Shown here piece after piece: positions 1 to 10,744 of a DNA stretch of 64,000 bases. Origin of the DNA: Schmidtea polychroa (taxonomy: Eukaryota); assembly GCA_044892525.1 (NCBI GenBank), contig CM097885.1, positions 200,136,001 to 200,200,000 of the forward strand, given 5' to 3'. Numbering within the stretch: the stretch's first letter is position 1; every line of letters begins with the position of its first letter. The notes beneath the pieces are model-generated. The model did not search any database. It saw nothing but the letters and a program-made list of their open reading frames with translations, and was not told the DNA's origin. Made by a program: the position numbers and the translations under genes.

Positions 1-378
1 AAACGGGAAGACGATAGGTGGTTCGAGGTATTTGAGGAGATTCTACCTCTGAAACAGCCGGTTATAACGAAAATACCACCAAAAGTAGTCAGAGAGAACA
101 TGGTGATACATCCCGAAATGTGGCAACATCTTAGACAATTGTCACCTATCAAACAAATATCTTGTCAAACGTCCCCAAACCTGACAAACTGTTGTGATTG
201 TAATGCCATCACAAACTTTAATGCAGGATATATCCTGAAAATACCCGTAGGGGTATGGATTACGGTATCGGCCGTACTATCGCTAGTAACTACACTGATA
301 GCTATGGGTATTTGGACCAAGCTATATTTTAGACAAGCCATAAGAGCTCACGATGGAGTACTGATGTCGCAATTATGA
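1..378 (+). CDS. C-terminal fragment of an env-like membrane glycoprotein (5'-partial)
   Basis: Frame 1 is open from base 1 (KREDDRWFEVFEE...). It has a Cys cluster (TNCCDCN), a ~25-aa hydrophobic segment (IPVGVWITVSAVLSLVTTLIAMGIW) and a basic short tail, in the env position of an LTR element. No family motif recognised. Confidence 0.45.
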   Translation, partial: KREDDRWFEVFEEILPLKQPVITKIPPKVVRENMVIHPEMWQHLRQLSPIKQISCQTSPNLTNCCDCNAITNFNAGYILKIPVGVWITVSAVLSLVTTLIAMGIWTKLYFRQAIRAHDGVLMSQL

Positions 379-576
379 CAATTACAGACTCCCCCGAGGG
401 AAAAATCATATATAAATATTTATATATATATTAAAATCTATATTTACGTAGAGCTCCAGGTAGCATTAAAATTCAGCATATGTAGATCTTTTATAATAAG
501 ACTCATGCATATCTTTTTAGCCTATTATGGCATATCAGTATATCTGATATTATGGTTAATGATTTTTATTTCAGGA

Positions 577-2649
577 ATGCAGAGCCATCCAATATCCCAA
601 TACCAAGGAAGACATAGCATTATACGTGCTACGACCTTGCTAAAGGAAAAACTTATTTACAAAAACCTGGAGAAGCAGGTTATGGAGCAAGGTAGAAAAG
701 GCCAAAGGCACTGGTTTTACGGTCATTGTTCAGGCATACCCAATAATTTCAAATTTGACGAGGCCCCAAAGCGTCAAATGATTATCTCAAGAATCCCGGG
801 CAAGTATAACGGCAGTATTAGGCTTACCGAGGTCATGCCTGAGTTTGGCAGACATAGTCTGACCAACCACCTGTGGATACACGCCATTAACAAACCAATT
901 ACGGTTTATGTTACTGGCGCCACAAACCCTATTTTGCTACAAAAGCACACTACCCTCGAAATAGAAAACGGGGACGGAAGGGAAAAGAACATCTCACTGT
1001 TATGTGAAGGAATAGATACCATCATAGCAATGGAAATTCTGGAACCTCACAGAGAAACACAAATGAGATGGGTTAATGACCCAAACTGGACATATAATGT
1101 CAACGATAACGACATTAAAACATTTAAGTCTTTCGTTAGACAGCGTTTGGACCCTAGACAAGAGGATAACCTCACCATTTTCGTAGCAGCTCACTACGCT
1201 ACACTACGACAATTCCTGAAACCGGCAATCGTGGCCATCTCAATCTCACATTTAAATGGCGATCTGATACTCAACACGAGAGTTACCCCCAGAGCACAGG
1301 TCAAACATTACCAATCGCATGCGCATGGTATGGCCGAGAAACAAATATCAGGACAGTTCGACGGAGAAGACTGTGCCGAAAGAATTAGAAAAATCTGCGA
1401 TGGGAAGATCATCGTGGGATTGCTAGTAAAGGACCTATTAGAAGTAATCAGATTCCCAATGCAGCGCGCACTCGGAATCCGTGAGTTAGGCGCAGCTAAA
1501 TGCCTCGAAAGTAGAGACTTAAAGAAATGCAACGGGTATTACCGTTTGGCATATCTAGCAAAAGCAGTCACTGGTAAAGAGGCACATCACTTCTCGGACC
1601 TACAAACGGAGAATGATGTCACAACCATTAAGGAGATTTACCACAATTTACGAGACATCTGGGTTGATGACATTGCACCAGACACCCGGAAAGAGGTGGT
1701 GTCTTCACAAATACAGCAGATGGAACCCGGTACCTCAAGCAGGCAGAAACCTCTAGCTATGGAGAGCTATGTGAAAGAAGATATCCCCAGGTCGAAGTTG
1801 CTGAAAATAGTGGAAGAAGATTCCTTGTCGCCGCCAGCCATTTCAATTGCTGATGAAGACGACTATGCCACTTGTGAGAGTGCAGACGATAACTGCCTCC
1901 AAGTCACCCTTACCAATAACGGTAGAGTGGTGAATTCGGCTAAAATGGAAGTAGAAAAACCCCAGCCAGCAGAAAAGTTAGTTGAACGGGTCACCAAGAT
2001 CCTGAAAGCGTTGGCCCCGTTGGGTGAAGGAGGATCATTACCGCAAGTTGTAGCTCCATTACTTAAGCTACAAGACTTGAAATTTAAAAAGAAAACAACG
2101 GAGAAACCCCCCCAGAAAGAGGACAAGGAGAAAAATGTCCCTACCTCTACAAAAAGGAAAAAGGAGATTCCTAAGAGTACGAAAAAGAAAATGCCTAGGA
2201 TATCCATCCAGGATGAGGATGACGATCTCCTCGAAACCCACTATCAGCCACCAGATCCTGCGTTAACCAAGATATTGGCAACAAAGAGTGAACCCACGAT
2301 TACAGGAGAACCGATCGTCGTGAAGGAAGGCGAGTTCGTCGGAAGGGGCAACTCAATCAAAATACGGGAAGATCTCGACAGGGAAGATCCTAGTTGGTGG
2401 CAGAGACCCGACAGCAAATGGAAACCGCGTATCAAGGAATACGACGAAGGCCCAATCCATGAAGTAGCCGTATCCAATTTCCCTGATTACGGAGTATTGG
2501 AGGCTAATGAGGGCTCATATATCATCTCCTCAATTGTGTACAAAGAGGTAAGTACACGGGAGACTTTGGTGGTCAGTTACAGACCTGACATTGTAGAACA
2601 AAGGATCCGTAACGAAAGTGCCAAGGTCCTGAAAAGGAGAAAATACTAG
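577..2649 (+). CDS. Retroelement accessory protein (~690 aa) with degenerate DEDDh 3'-5' exonuclease-like domain
   Basis: Uninterrupted ORF (track start 505; likely start ATG 577 just after acceptor-like TTTTTATTTCAG). The part at ~1171-1650 matches the REX4/ISG20 pattern: AIVAISISHLNGDLILNTRVTP, YQSHAHGM, GKIIVGLLVKDLLEVI, IRELG, RLAYLAKAVTG, ENDVTTIKEIY. Confidence 0.65.
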   Translation: MQSHPISQYQGRHSIIRATTLLKEKLIYKNLEKQVMEQGRKGQRHWFYGHCSGIPNNFKFDEAPKRQMIISRIPGKYNGSIRLTEVMPEFGRHSLTNHLWIHAINKPITVYVTGATNPILLQKHTTLEIENGDGREKNISLLCEGIDTIIAMEILEPHRETQMRWVNDPNWTYNVNDNDIKTFKSFVRQRLDPRQEDNLTIFVAAHYATLRQFLKPAIVAISISHLNGDLILNTRVTPRAQVKHYQSHAHGMAEKQISGQFDGEDCAERIRKICDGKIIVGLLVKDLLEVIRFPMQRALGIRELGAAKCLESRDLKKCNGYYRLAYLAKAVTGKEAHHFSDLQTENDVTTIKEIYHNLRDIWVDDIAPDTRKEVVSSQIQQMEPGTSSRQKPLAMESYVKEDIPRSKLLKIVEEDSLSPPAISIADEDDYATCESADDNCLQVTLTNNGRVVNSAKMEVEKPQPAEKLVERVTKILKALAPLGEGGSLPQVVAPLLKLQDLKFKKKTTEKPPQKEDKEKNVPTSTKRKKEIPKSTKKKMPRISIQDEDDDLLETHYQPPDPALTKILATKSEPTITGEPIVVKEGEFVGRGNSIKIREDLDREDPSWWQRPDSKWKPRIKEYDEGPIHEVAVSNFPDYGVLEANEGSYIISSIVYKEVSTRETLVVSYRPDIVEQRIRNESAKVLKRRKY

Positions 2650-2949
2650 CAATTCGGCTATGTTGTTCAAGGGACCTAGCAATTTGCTATACGTCCTCAA
2701 TCCCAACACCTTCGACAACCCAATCCAACTCAGATATTCAAATTGATAGACATTATGAACAACATTTGATTAATCTGATTTTTAATTTTGTTTAACAATC
2801 TTTGATTATTTTGAATTTGACTTTGATTACTTTATGTATATACATTTTATTCAGTTGTTTTAATTTATTTTTATATTTTTTTATTTTTTATGTATTGGCT
2901 GCAATTGTCTTGTCTTTACCGCTTTAATTTTCGGGACGAAAATCTTGTT

Positions 2950-2961
2950 AGGGGGAAGACA
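2950..2961 (+). promoter_or_regulatory. Polypurine tract (plus-strand priming site)
   Basis: AGGGGGAAGACA directly before the LTR start TGTT; repeated at 6662 and 10374. Confidence 0.7.
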
Positions 2962-3320
2962 TGTTGGAGTTCAGTAGGAACCAGAATCAAAAGTTTAGAA
3001 TAATTACTAAAAAATAAATAAAATTAGGGTTAAAACATAAAAAGTAATAAATAATTACTAAAAATAGATAAAATTAGGATTAAAATATAATAAGTAATAA
3101 ATAATTACTAAAAATAAACATATAATAAAAATAGTAATTAATAATTACTATTAATAGCTTTAATACAAATAAACTAATATAAAAACCACAAAAATTTCAT
3201 TGTGAGGGGACGGAAAAATTAGAGACAAGCAAGTCAGAAGGGAATCACAATAGTTGAAAATAGTAACGATCAAATCAATCTAATTCGGCAAGGAAAATTC
3301 TTGACATTTGGCATTCAACA
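2962..3320 (+). repeat. LTR copy 1 (359 bp)
   Basis: TGTTGGA...TTCAACA terminal inverted repeat after the PPT; internal short direct repeats AATAATTACTAAAAATA. The 3' boundary is inferred from the inverted repeat only. Confidence 0.65.
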
Positions 3321-4508
3321 TAAATTTTGGAAATTTCATTTCGTCAATTGGATCAGGAAATTTTCATAGGAATATCGATCATAAACTAAATTTGTTACTG
3401 GAATTATTTATTACGAAATTCTTCGGAGCCATAGAATATTTTTATCAGTTAGTTTTTGTTATCAATTTCCAAGTAATTTTAAAGTATATATATATATAAA
3501 GGATTTATTTAAGTTAAATTAATTCATAAATAAGGGATATTATAACGTCATCACTAATTTTTGTGTTGTATCGTTATTTGAAAAAGGAGTTAACCAATTC
3601 TGGGTTGACTCTATCGCGTAAAATTTGGTGATCTTCCCTATCTTTTTCCTTTCACTTATATCGGGCTGTTGGCGCATTTAGGGCCAGCCTTGATTCGTAG
3701 AAATATTCTTCAGGGCGGTTTGCATAACCGTTTTCTTTTCTTCAGAGAGCAGCGTGAATAATTTGTACAAATAAACAATCGTGTAATTTTTATCATTAAT
3801 AAATATTGTAAATCATATTTCTTATTTATTACCGATACGCATAAATTATTTATTTGGAGTCAGATAGAACGTTTTTTGTGTTAGTTCGACTACCTACCTA
3901 TCGAACCTAACACGTCCATTAAAAATCGCCATTATGCACAATAAGGAACGATTCACTAGATTGTTTAGACAAAATCTACTTCCGACTAACAAGTAATTCG
4001 TTTAGGTTCCAATTTTCTTGTTCCGCGTAATGGTTCGGAGAATCATCCATAACACGAAATCTTGATGTAAACAGTGGTTCTACAAAATACTGAGATTGAC
4101 CAAATCGCCTTAGTCCTAAAAGGGTGAATCTAAGAGAGTGAATATAACCATTCCGATTTAAACCGAATGACGTCAACCTCGGCAAGAACCGCATGAGACA
4201 AAATTGGCTAAACTGTATTACACCCGGTTGAACCACTTAACCTGAATTTTGTTTCAAATTAGTCAAAGCAACAATCATCTAATTTACTTTTGATGTTAAC
4301 ATATTTATCAGTCGCACTTTTAATGCTAATTGAAATGTTTTTCTTTAAATCAAAATACTATGCAAATTCTACTTAAATTAAAATCAAATGTTCTTCTAAA
4401 TGGTAGGAAGGTTTGTTATATTTATCAACCGACATTACTCAACATATGTAATTTACCGACATTATGTAACATATATAATTTATCTATATTATTCGACATG
4501 TGTAATTA

Positions 4509-5032
4509 CAGGAATACCTCGCATAGTACGGTTTCGATCAGTACGGTTTTGAAATTTTCAAAATATGATTGTTTTTAAAATGATTAAATAAAATTTTCGA
4601 AATTTAAAAAAGTTTTTTTAAATTAATTTTTTAGAATTTATTCGTTATTATAAAATCATACGGCACGTGTTTAATAATTTGTTTTGTTACGTTTAATTTC
4701 TGGTTTGTAGTTTTAATAAAAAATTGAATAAATAAACCGTAAAAAAATTCACTACGGATACATTCACAATCGCGCGATAATAGATCAAAGTTGTTGGTTT
4801 TATATTTTTAATCGTATATTGACTTTTATATATTTAGATTTTAATTTAAAAAATAAAATGAGTAGCAGAACAAAGTGTAAAAGTGACTCCACAACCAAAA
4901 AACGCAAATGCCTCACTTTAGAACAGAAGCTTAGCGTAAATTTATTAGCGCCAGAATGCCTCGAATAGTCCGGTTTCAAATAGTACGGCTAAATTCCAGA
5001 ACCGATTAACCGTACTGTTCGAGGCATTCCTG
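4509..5032 (+). mobile_element. Internally deleted pogo/Tigger DNA transposon (524 bp), copy 1
   Basis: TIRs CAGGAATACCTCGCATAGTACGGTT / AACCGTACTGTTCGAGGCATTCCTG flanked by TA. Stub ORF at 4858, MSSRTKCKSDSTTKKRKCLTLEQKL, is a Tigger-type HTH N-terminus. Confidence 0.85.
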
Positions 5033-5957
5033 TATCTACATAATTCACCATATTTATCTTTGCTATTAATTTACCCAACGATTAAAATCATCTGTCATCT
5101 AAATTGAATTCCGATCCAACTAAAAGCTTCTTTTCTTTAAATGAGAAAGAAAGCTTCACGCATTCAACGATCAAAGTTCCGTCCCCACCGCCGAAAAGTT
5201 TTCTCAAGATGTACAATGGGGTGGTGCCAGTAGAGTAAGGAGCAGGGATCCGCTGGAAATCGGTAAGGGTATAAAGGAAATTTCGAACGCTGAGTTTAGG
5301 CTAAATTCTATCTGTTTGTTTTCTGGGCCTACCATCCGATTTCTGAGTGAATATATGCCCATTCTATATTTGAGTTCGCCCCATAAATGTCTTTTCTAAA
5401 TTTTCAGCAAATGTCAGAGCCGAATCTTCCTAAGTCTGGCCCAAAGCCATGTTTTTCATGCGCAGATAAAAATGCGACTATATATCAACTGAAGGAAAAT
5501 CTCGGGCTCTGAAGAAGCGTATCGACTCGCTTGAAGGTACGTGGTTCTCCCCATCACTAATGAAGGAGGCCAACAGGAAAATCCTACGCTTGGAGCACTG
5601 TCGGGACAGTTTGCTCGAAGAAAGTCGTTGTCAGCGCCTCACTATTAAGGCGCAATCGGGGACCCTCCACCGTATCTATTCAGAGGCAGAATTGAAGAAG
5701 CGACTTACGGAGTTCCCTGTCATTGATCAACATTTCATAAATTAAATTTAAGTTGGGCTTTTTCAATTACGGACCATCAAATCAAGGTTCAATAAATTAA
5801 ACGTTGACAGGATAGGAATTTAATAAATTAAAATTAACAATTTAAATTATATTTGTTTGGTCAGACCATTTCATTTTTTTTTGTTTGTTGTCAAATTAAA
5901 TTATAATTCAAAAATTAAAATTATAATTAAATTATAATTTTGCTTACAAAATTTCTT

Positions 5958-6361
5958 AGCCACCAGATCCTGCGTTAACCAAGATATTGGCAACAAAGAG
6001 TGAACCCACGATTACAGGAGAACCGATCGTCGTGAAGGAAGGCGAGTTCGTCGGAAGGGGCAACTCAATCAAAATACGGGAAGATCTCGACAGAGAAGAT
6101 CCTAGTTGGTGGCAGAGACCCGACAGCAAATGGAAACCGCGTATCAAGGAATACGACGAAGGCCCAATCCATGAAGTAGCCGTATCCAATTTCCCTGATT
6201 ACGGAGTATTGGAGGCTAATGAGGGCTCATATATCATCTCCTCAATTGTGTACAAAGAGGTAAGTACACGGGAGACTTTGGTGGTCAGTTACAGACCTGA
6301 CATTGTAGAACAAAGGATCCGTAACGAAAGTGCCAAGGTCCTGAAAAGGAGAAAATACTAG
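5958..6361 (+). pseudogene. Duplicated C-terminal ~134 codons of the accessory ORF (copy 2)
   Basis: Same translation as 2246-2649; 5' part missing because of the duplication junction. Confidence 0.85.
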
Positions 6362-6673
6362 CAATTCGGCTATGTTGTTCAAGGGACCTAGCAATTTGCT
6401 ATACGTCCTCAATCCCAACACCTTCGACAACCCAATCCAACTCAGATATTCAAATTGATAGACATTATGAACAACATTTGATTAATCTGATTTTTAATTT
6501 TGTTTAACAATCTTTGATTATTTTGAATTTGACTTTGATTACTTTATGTATATACATTTTATTCAGTTGTTTTAATTTATTTTTATATTTTTTTATTTTT
6601 TATGTATTGGCTGCAATTGTCTTGTCTTTACCGCTTTAATTTTCGGGACGAAAATCTTGTTAGGGGGAAGACA

Positions 6674-7032
6674 TGTTGGAGTTCAGTAGGAACCAGAATC
6701 AAAAGTTTAGAATAATTACTAAAAAATAAATAAAATTAGGGTTAAAACATAAAAAGTAATAAATAATTACTAAAAATAGATAAAATTAGGATTAAAATAT
6801 AATAAGTAATAAATAATTACTAAAAATAAACATATAATAAAAATAGTAATTAATAATTACTATTAATAGCTTTAATACAAATAAACTAATATAAAAACCA
6901 CAAAAATTTCATTGTGAGGGGACGGAAAAATTAGAGACAAGCAAGTCAGAAGGGAATCACAATAGTTGAAAATAGTAACGATCAAATCAATCTAATTCGG
7001 CAAGGAAAATTCTTGACATTTGGCATTCAACA
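6674..7032 (+). repeat. LTR copy 2 (tandem unit 2)
   Basis: Same sequence as 2962-3320 at +3712. Confidence 0.65.
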
Positions 7033-8220
7033 TAAATTTTGGAAATTTCATTTCGTCAATTGGATCAGGAAATTTTCATAGGAATATCGATCATAAACTA
7101 AATTTGTTACTGGAATTATTTATTACGAAATTCTTCGGAGCCATAGAATATTTTTATCAGTTAGTTTTTGTTATCAATTTCCAAGTAATTTTAAAGTATA
7201 TATATATATAAAGGATTTATTTAAGTTAAATTAATTCATAAATAAGGGATATTATAACGTCATCACTAATTTTTGTGTTGTATCGTTATTTGAAAAAGGA
7301 GTTAACCAATTCTGGGTTGACTCTATCGCGTAAAATTTGGTGATCTTCCCTATCTTTTTCCTTTCACTTATATCGGGCTGTTGGCGCATTTAGGGCCAGC
7401 CTTGATTCGTAGAAATATTCTTCAGGGCGGTTTGCATAACCGTTTTCTTTTCTTCAGAGAGCAGCGTGAATAATTTGTACAAATAAACAATCGTGTAATT
7501 TTTATCATTAATAAATATTGTAAATCATATTTCTTATTTATTACCGATACGCATAAATTATTTATTTGGAGTCAGATAGAACGTTTTTTGTGTTAGTTCG
7601 ACTACCTACCTATCGAACCTAACACGTCCATTAAAAATCGCCATTATGCACAATAAGGAACGATTCACTAGATTGTTTAGACAAAATCTACTTCCGACTA
7701 ACAAGTAATTCGTTTAGGTTCCAATTTTCTTGTTCCGCGTAATGGTTCGGAGAATCATCCATAACACGAAATCTTGATGTAAACAGTGGTTCTACAAAAT
7801 ACTGAGATTGACCAAATCGCCTTAGTCCTAAAAGGGTGAATCTAAGAGAGTGAATATAACCATTCCGATTTAAACCGAATGACGTCAACCTCGGCAAGAA
7901 CCGCATGAGACAAAATTGGCTAAACTGTATTACACCCGGTTGAACCACTTAACCTGAATTTTGTTTCAAATTAGTCAAAGCAACAATCATCTAATTTACT
8001 TTTGATGTTAACATATTTATCAGTCGCACTTTTAATGCTAATTGAAATGTTTTTCTTTAAATCAAAATACTATGCAAATTCTACTTAAATTAAAATCAAA
8101 TGTTCTTCTAAATGGTAGGAAGGTTTGTTATATTTATCAACCGACATTACTCAACATATGTAATTTACCGACATTATGTAACATATATAATTTATCTATA
8201 TTATTCGACATGTGTAATTA

Positions 8221-8744
8221 CAGGAATACCTCGCATAGTACGGTTTCGATCAGTACGGTTTTGAAATTTTCAAAATATGATTGTTTTTAAAATGATTAAA
8301 TAAAATTTTCGAAATTTAAAAAAGTTTTTTTAAATTAATTTTTTAGAATTTATTCGTTATTATAAAATCATACGGCACGTGTTTAATAATTTGTTTTGTT
8401 ACGTTTAATTTCTGGTTTGTAGTTTTAATAAAAAATTGAATAAATAAACCGTAAAAAAATTCACTACGGATACATTCACAATCGCGCGATAATAGATCAA
8501 AGTTGTTGGTTTTATATTTTTAATCGTATATTGACTTTTATATATTTAGATTTTAATTTAAAAAATAAAATGAGTAGCAGAACAAAGTGTAAAAGTGACT
8601 CCACAACCAAAAAACGCAAATGCCTCACTTTAGAACAGAAGCTTAGCGTAAATTTATTAGCGCCAGAATGCCTCGAATAGTCCGGTTTCAAATAGTACGG
8701 CTAAATTCCAGAACCGATTAACCGTACTGTTCGAGGCATTCCTG
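8221..8744 (+). mobile_element. Tigger-derived element, copy 2
   Basis: Same as 4509-5032 at +3712. Confidence 0.85.
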
Positions 8745-9669
8745 TATCTACATAATTCACCATATTTATCTTTGCTATTAATTTACCCAACGATTAAAAT
8801 CATCTGTCATCTAAATTGAATTCCGATCCAACTAAAAGCTTCTTTTCTTTAAATGAGAAAGAAAGCTTCACGCATTCAACGATCAAAGTTCCGTCCCCAC
8901 CGCCGAAAAGTTTTCTCAAGATGTACAATGGGGTGGTGCCAGTAGAGTAAGGAGCAGGGATCCGCTGGAAATCGGTAAGGGTATAAAGGAAATTTCGAAC
9001 GCTGAGTTTAGGCTAAATTCTATCTGTTTGTTTTCTGGGCCTACCATCCGATTTCTGAGTGAATATATGCCCATTCTATATTTGAGTTCGCCCCATAAAT
9101 GTCTTTTCTAAATTTTCAGCAAATGTCAGAGCCGAATCTTCCTAAGTCTGGCCCAAAGCCATGTTTTTCATGCGCAGATAAAAATGCGACTATATATCAA
9201 CTGAAGGAAAATCTCGGGCTCTGAAGAAGCGTATCGACTCGCTTGAAGGTACGTGGTTCTCCCCATCACTAATGAAGGAGGCCAACAGGAAAATCCTACG
9301 CTTGGAGCACTGTCGGGACAGTTTGCTCGAAGAAAGTCGTTGTCAGCGCCTCACTATTAAGGCGCAATCGGGGACCCTCCACCGTATCTATTCAGAGGCA
9401 GAATTGAAGAAGCGACTTACGGAGTTCCCTGTCATTGATCAACATTTCATAAATTAAATTTAAGTTGGGCTTTTTCAATTACGGACCATCAAATCAAGGT
9501 TCAATAAATTAAACGTTGACAGGATAGGAATTTAATAAATTAAAATTAACAATTTAAATTATATTTGTTTGGTCAGACCATTTCATTTTTTTTTGTTTGT
9601 TGTCAAATTAAATTATAATTCAAAAATTAAAATTATAATTAAATTATAATTTTGCTTACAAAATTTCTT

Positions 9670-10073
9670 AGCCACCAGATCCTGCGTTAACCAAGATATT
9701 GGCAACAAAGAGTGAACCCACGATTACAGGAGAACCGATCGTCGTGAAGGAAGGCGAGTTCGTCGGAAGGGGCAACTCAATCAAAATACGGGAAGATCTC
9801 GACAGAGAAGATCCTAGTTGGTGGCAGAGACCCGACAGCAAATGGAAACCGCGTATCAAGGAATACGACGAAGGCCCAATCCATGAAGTAGCCGTATCCA
9901 ATTTCCCTGATTACGGAGTATTGGAGGCTAATGAGGGCTCATATATCATCTCCTCAATTGTGTACAAAGAGGTAAGTACACGGGAGACTTTGGTGGTCAG
10001 TTACAGACCTGACATTGTAGAACAAAGGATCCGTAACGAAAGTGCCAAGGTCCTGAAAAGGAGAAAATACTAG
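9670..10073 (+). pseudogene. Duplicated C-terminal ~134 codons of the accessory ORF (copy 3)
   Basis: Same as 5958-6361 at +3712. Confidence 0.85.
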
Positions 10074-10385
10074 CAATTCGGCTATGTTGTTCAAGGGACC
10101 TAGCAATTTGCTATACGTCCTCAATCCCAACACCTTCGACAACCCAATCCAACTCAGATATTCAAATTGATAGACATTATGAACAACATTTGATTAATCT
10201 GATTTTTAATTTTGTTTAACAATCTTTGATTATTTTGAATTTGACTTTGATTACTTTATGTATATACATTTTATTCAGTTGTTTTAATTTATTTTTATAT
10301 TTTTTTATTTTTTATGTATTGGCTGCAATTGTCTTGTCTTTACCGCTTTAATTTTCGGGACGAAAATCTTGTTAGGGGGAAGACA

Positions 10386-10744
10386 TGTTGGAGTTCAGTA
10401 GGAACCAGAATCAAAAGTTTAGAATAATTACTAAAAAATAAATAAAATTAGGGTTAAAACATAAAAAGTAATAAATAATTACTAAAAATAGATAAAATTA
10501 GGATTAAAATATAATAAGTAATAAATAATTACTAAAAATAAACATATAATAAAAATAGTAATTAATAATTACTATTAATAGCTTTAATACAAATAAACTA
10601 ATATAAAAACCACAAAAATTTCATTGTGAGGGGACGGAAAAATTAGAGACAAGCAAGTCAGAAGGGAATCACAATAGTTGAAAATAGTAACGATCAAATC
10701 AATCTAATTCGGCAAGGAAAATTCTTGACATTTGGCATTCAACA
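10386..10744 (+). repeat. LTR copy 3 (tandem unit 3)
   Basis: Same sequence as 2962-3320 at +7424. Confidence 0.65.

Larger units (their letters stand above)
1..3320 (+). mobile_element. 3' part of an LTR retrotransposon / endogenous retrovirus-like element (BEL/Pao or Ty3/Gypsy; gag-pol outside window)
   Basis: Order is TM-anchored ORF tail, accessory ORF, AT-rich 3' UTR, TTTTCGGGACGAAAA, purine tract AGGGGGAAGACA, then an LTR starting TGTTGGA (2962) and ending TTCAACA (3320). Confidence 0.75.

Noticed and set aside
505-576. Hydrophobic N-terminus of the 714-aa ORF as a signal peptide
   Set aside because: Very AT-rich, ends in a strong splice acceptor just before an in-frame ATG; probably intron or UTR.
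4218-4241. VKWFN cold-shock-domain-like motif on the minus strand
   Set aside because: Stop follows two codons later; no RNP1 motif.
2962-7032. LTR-internal-PPT-LTR layout in the array as a new non-autonomous retroelement (TRIM/LARD)
   Set aside because: Sequence after the LTR (TAAATTTTGGAAATTTC) matches no tRNA 3' end I recognise, and the layout follows directly from the tandem duplication.
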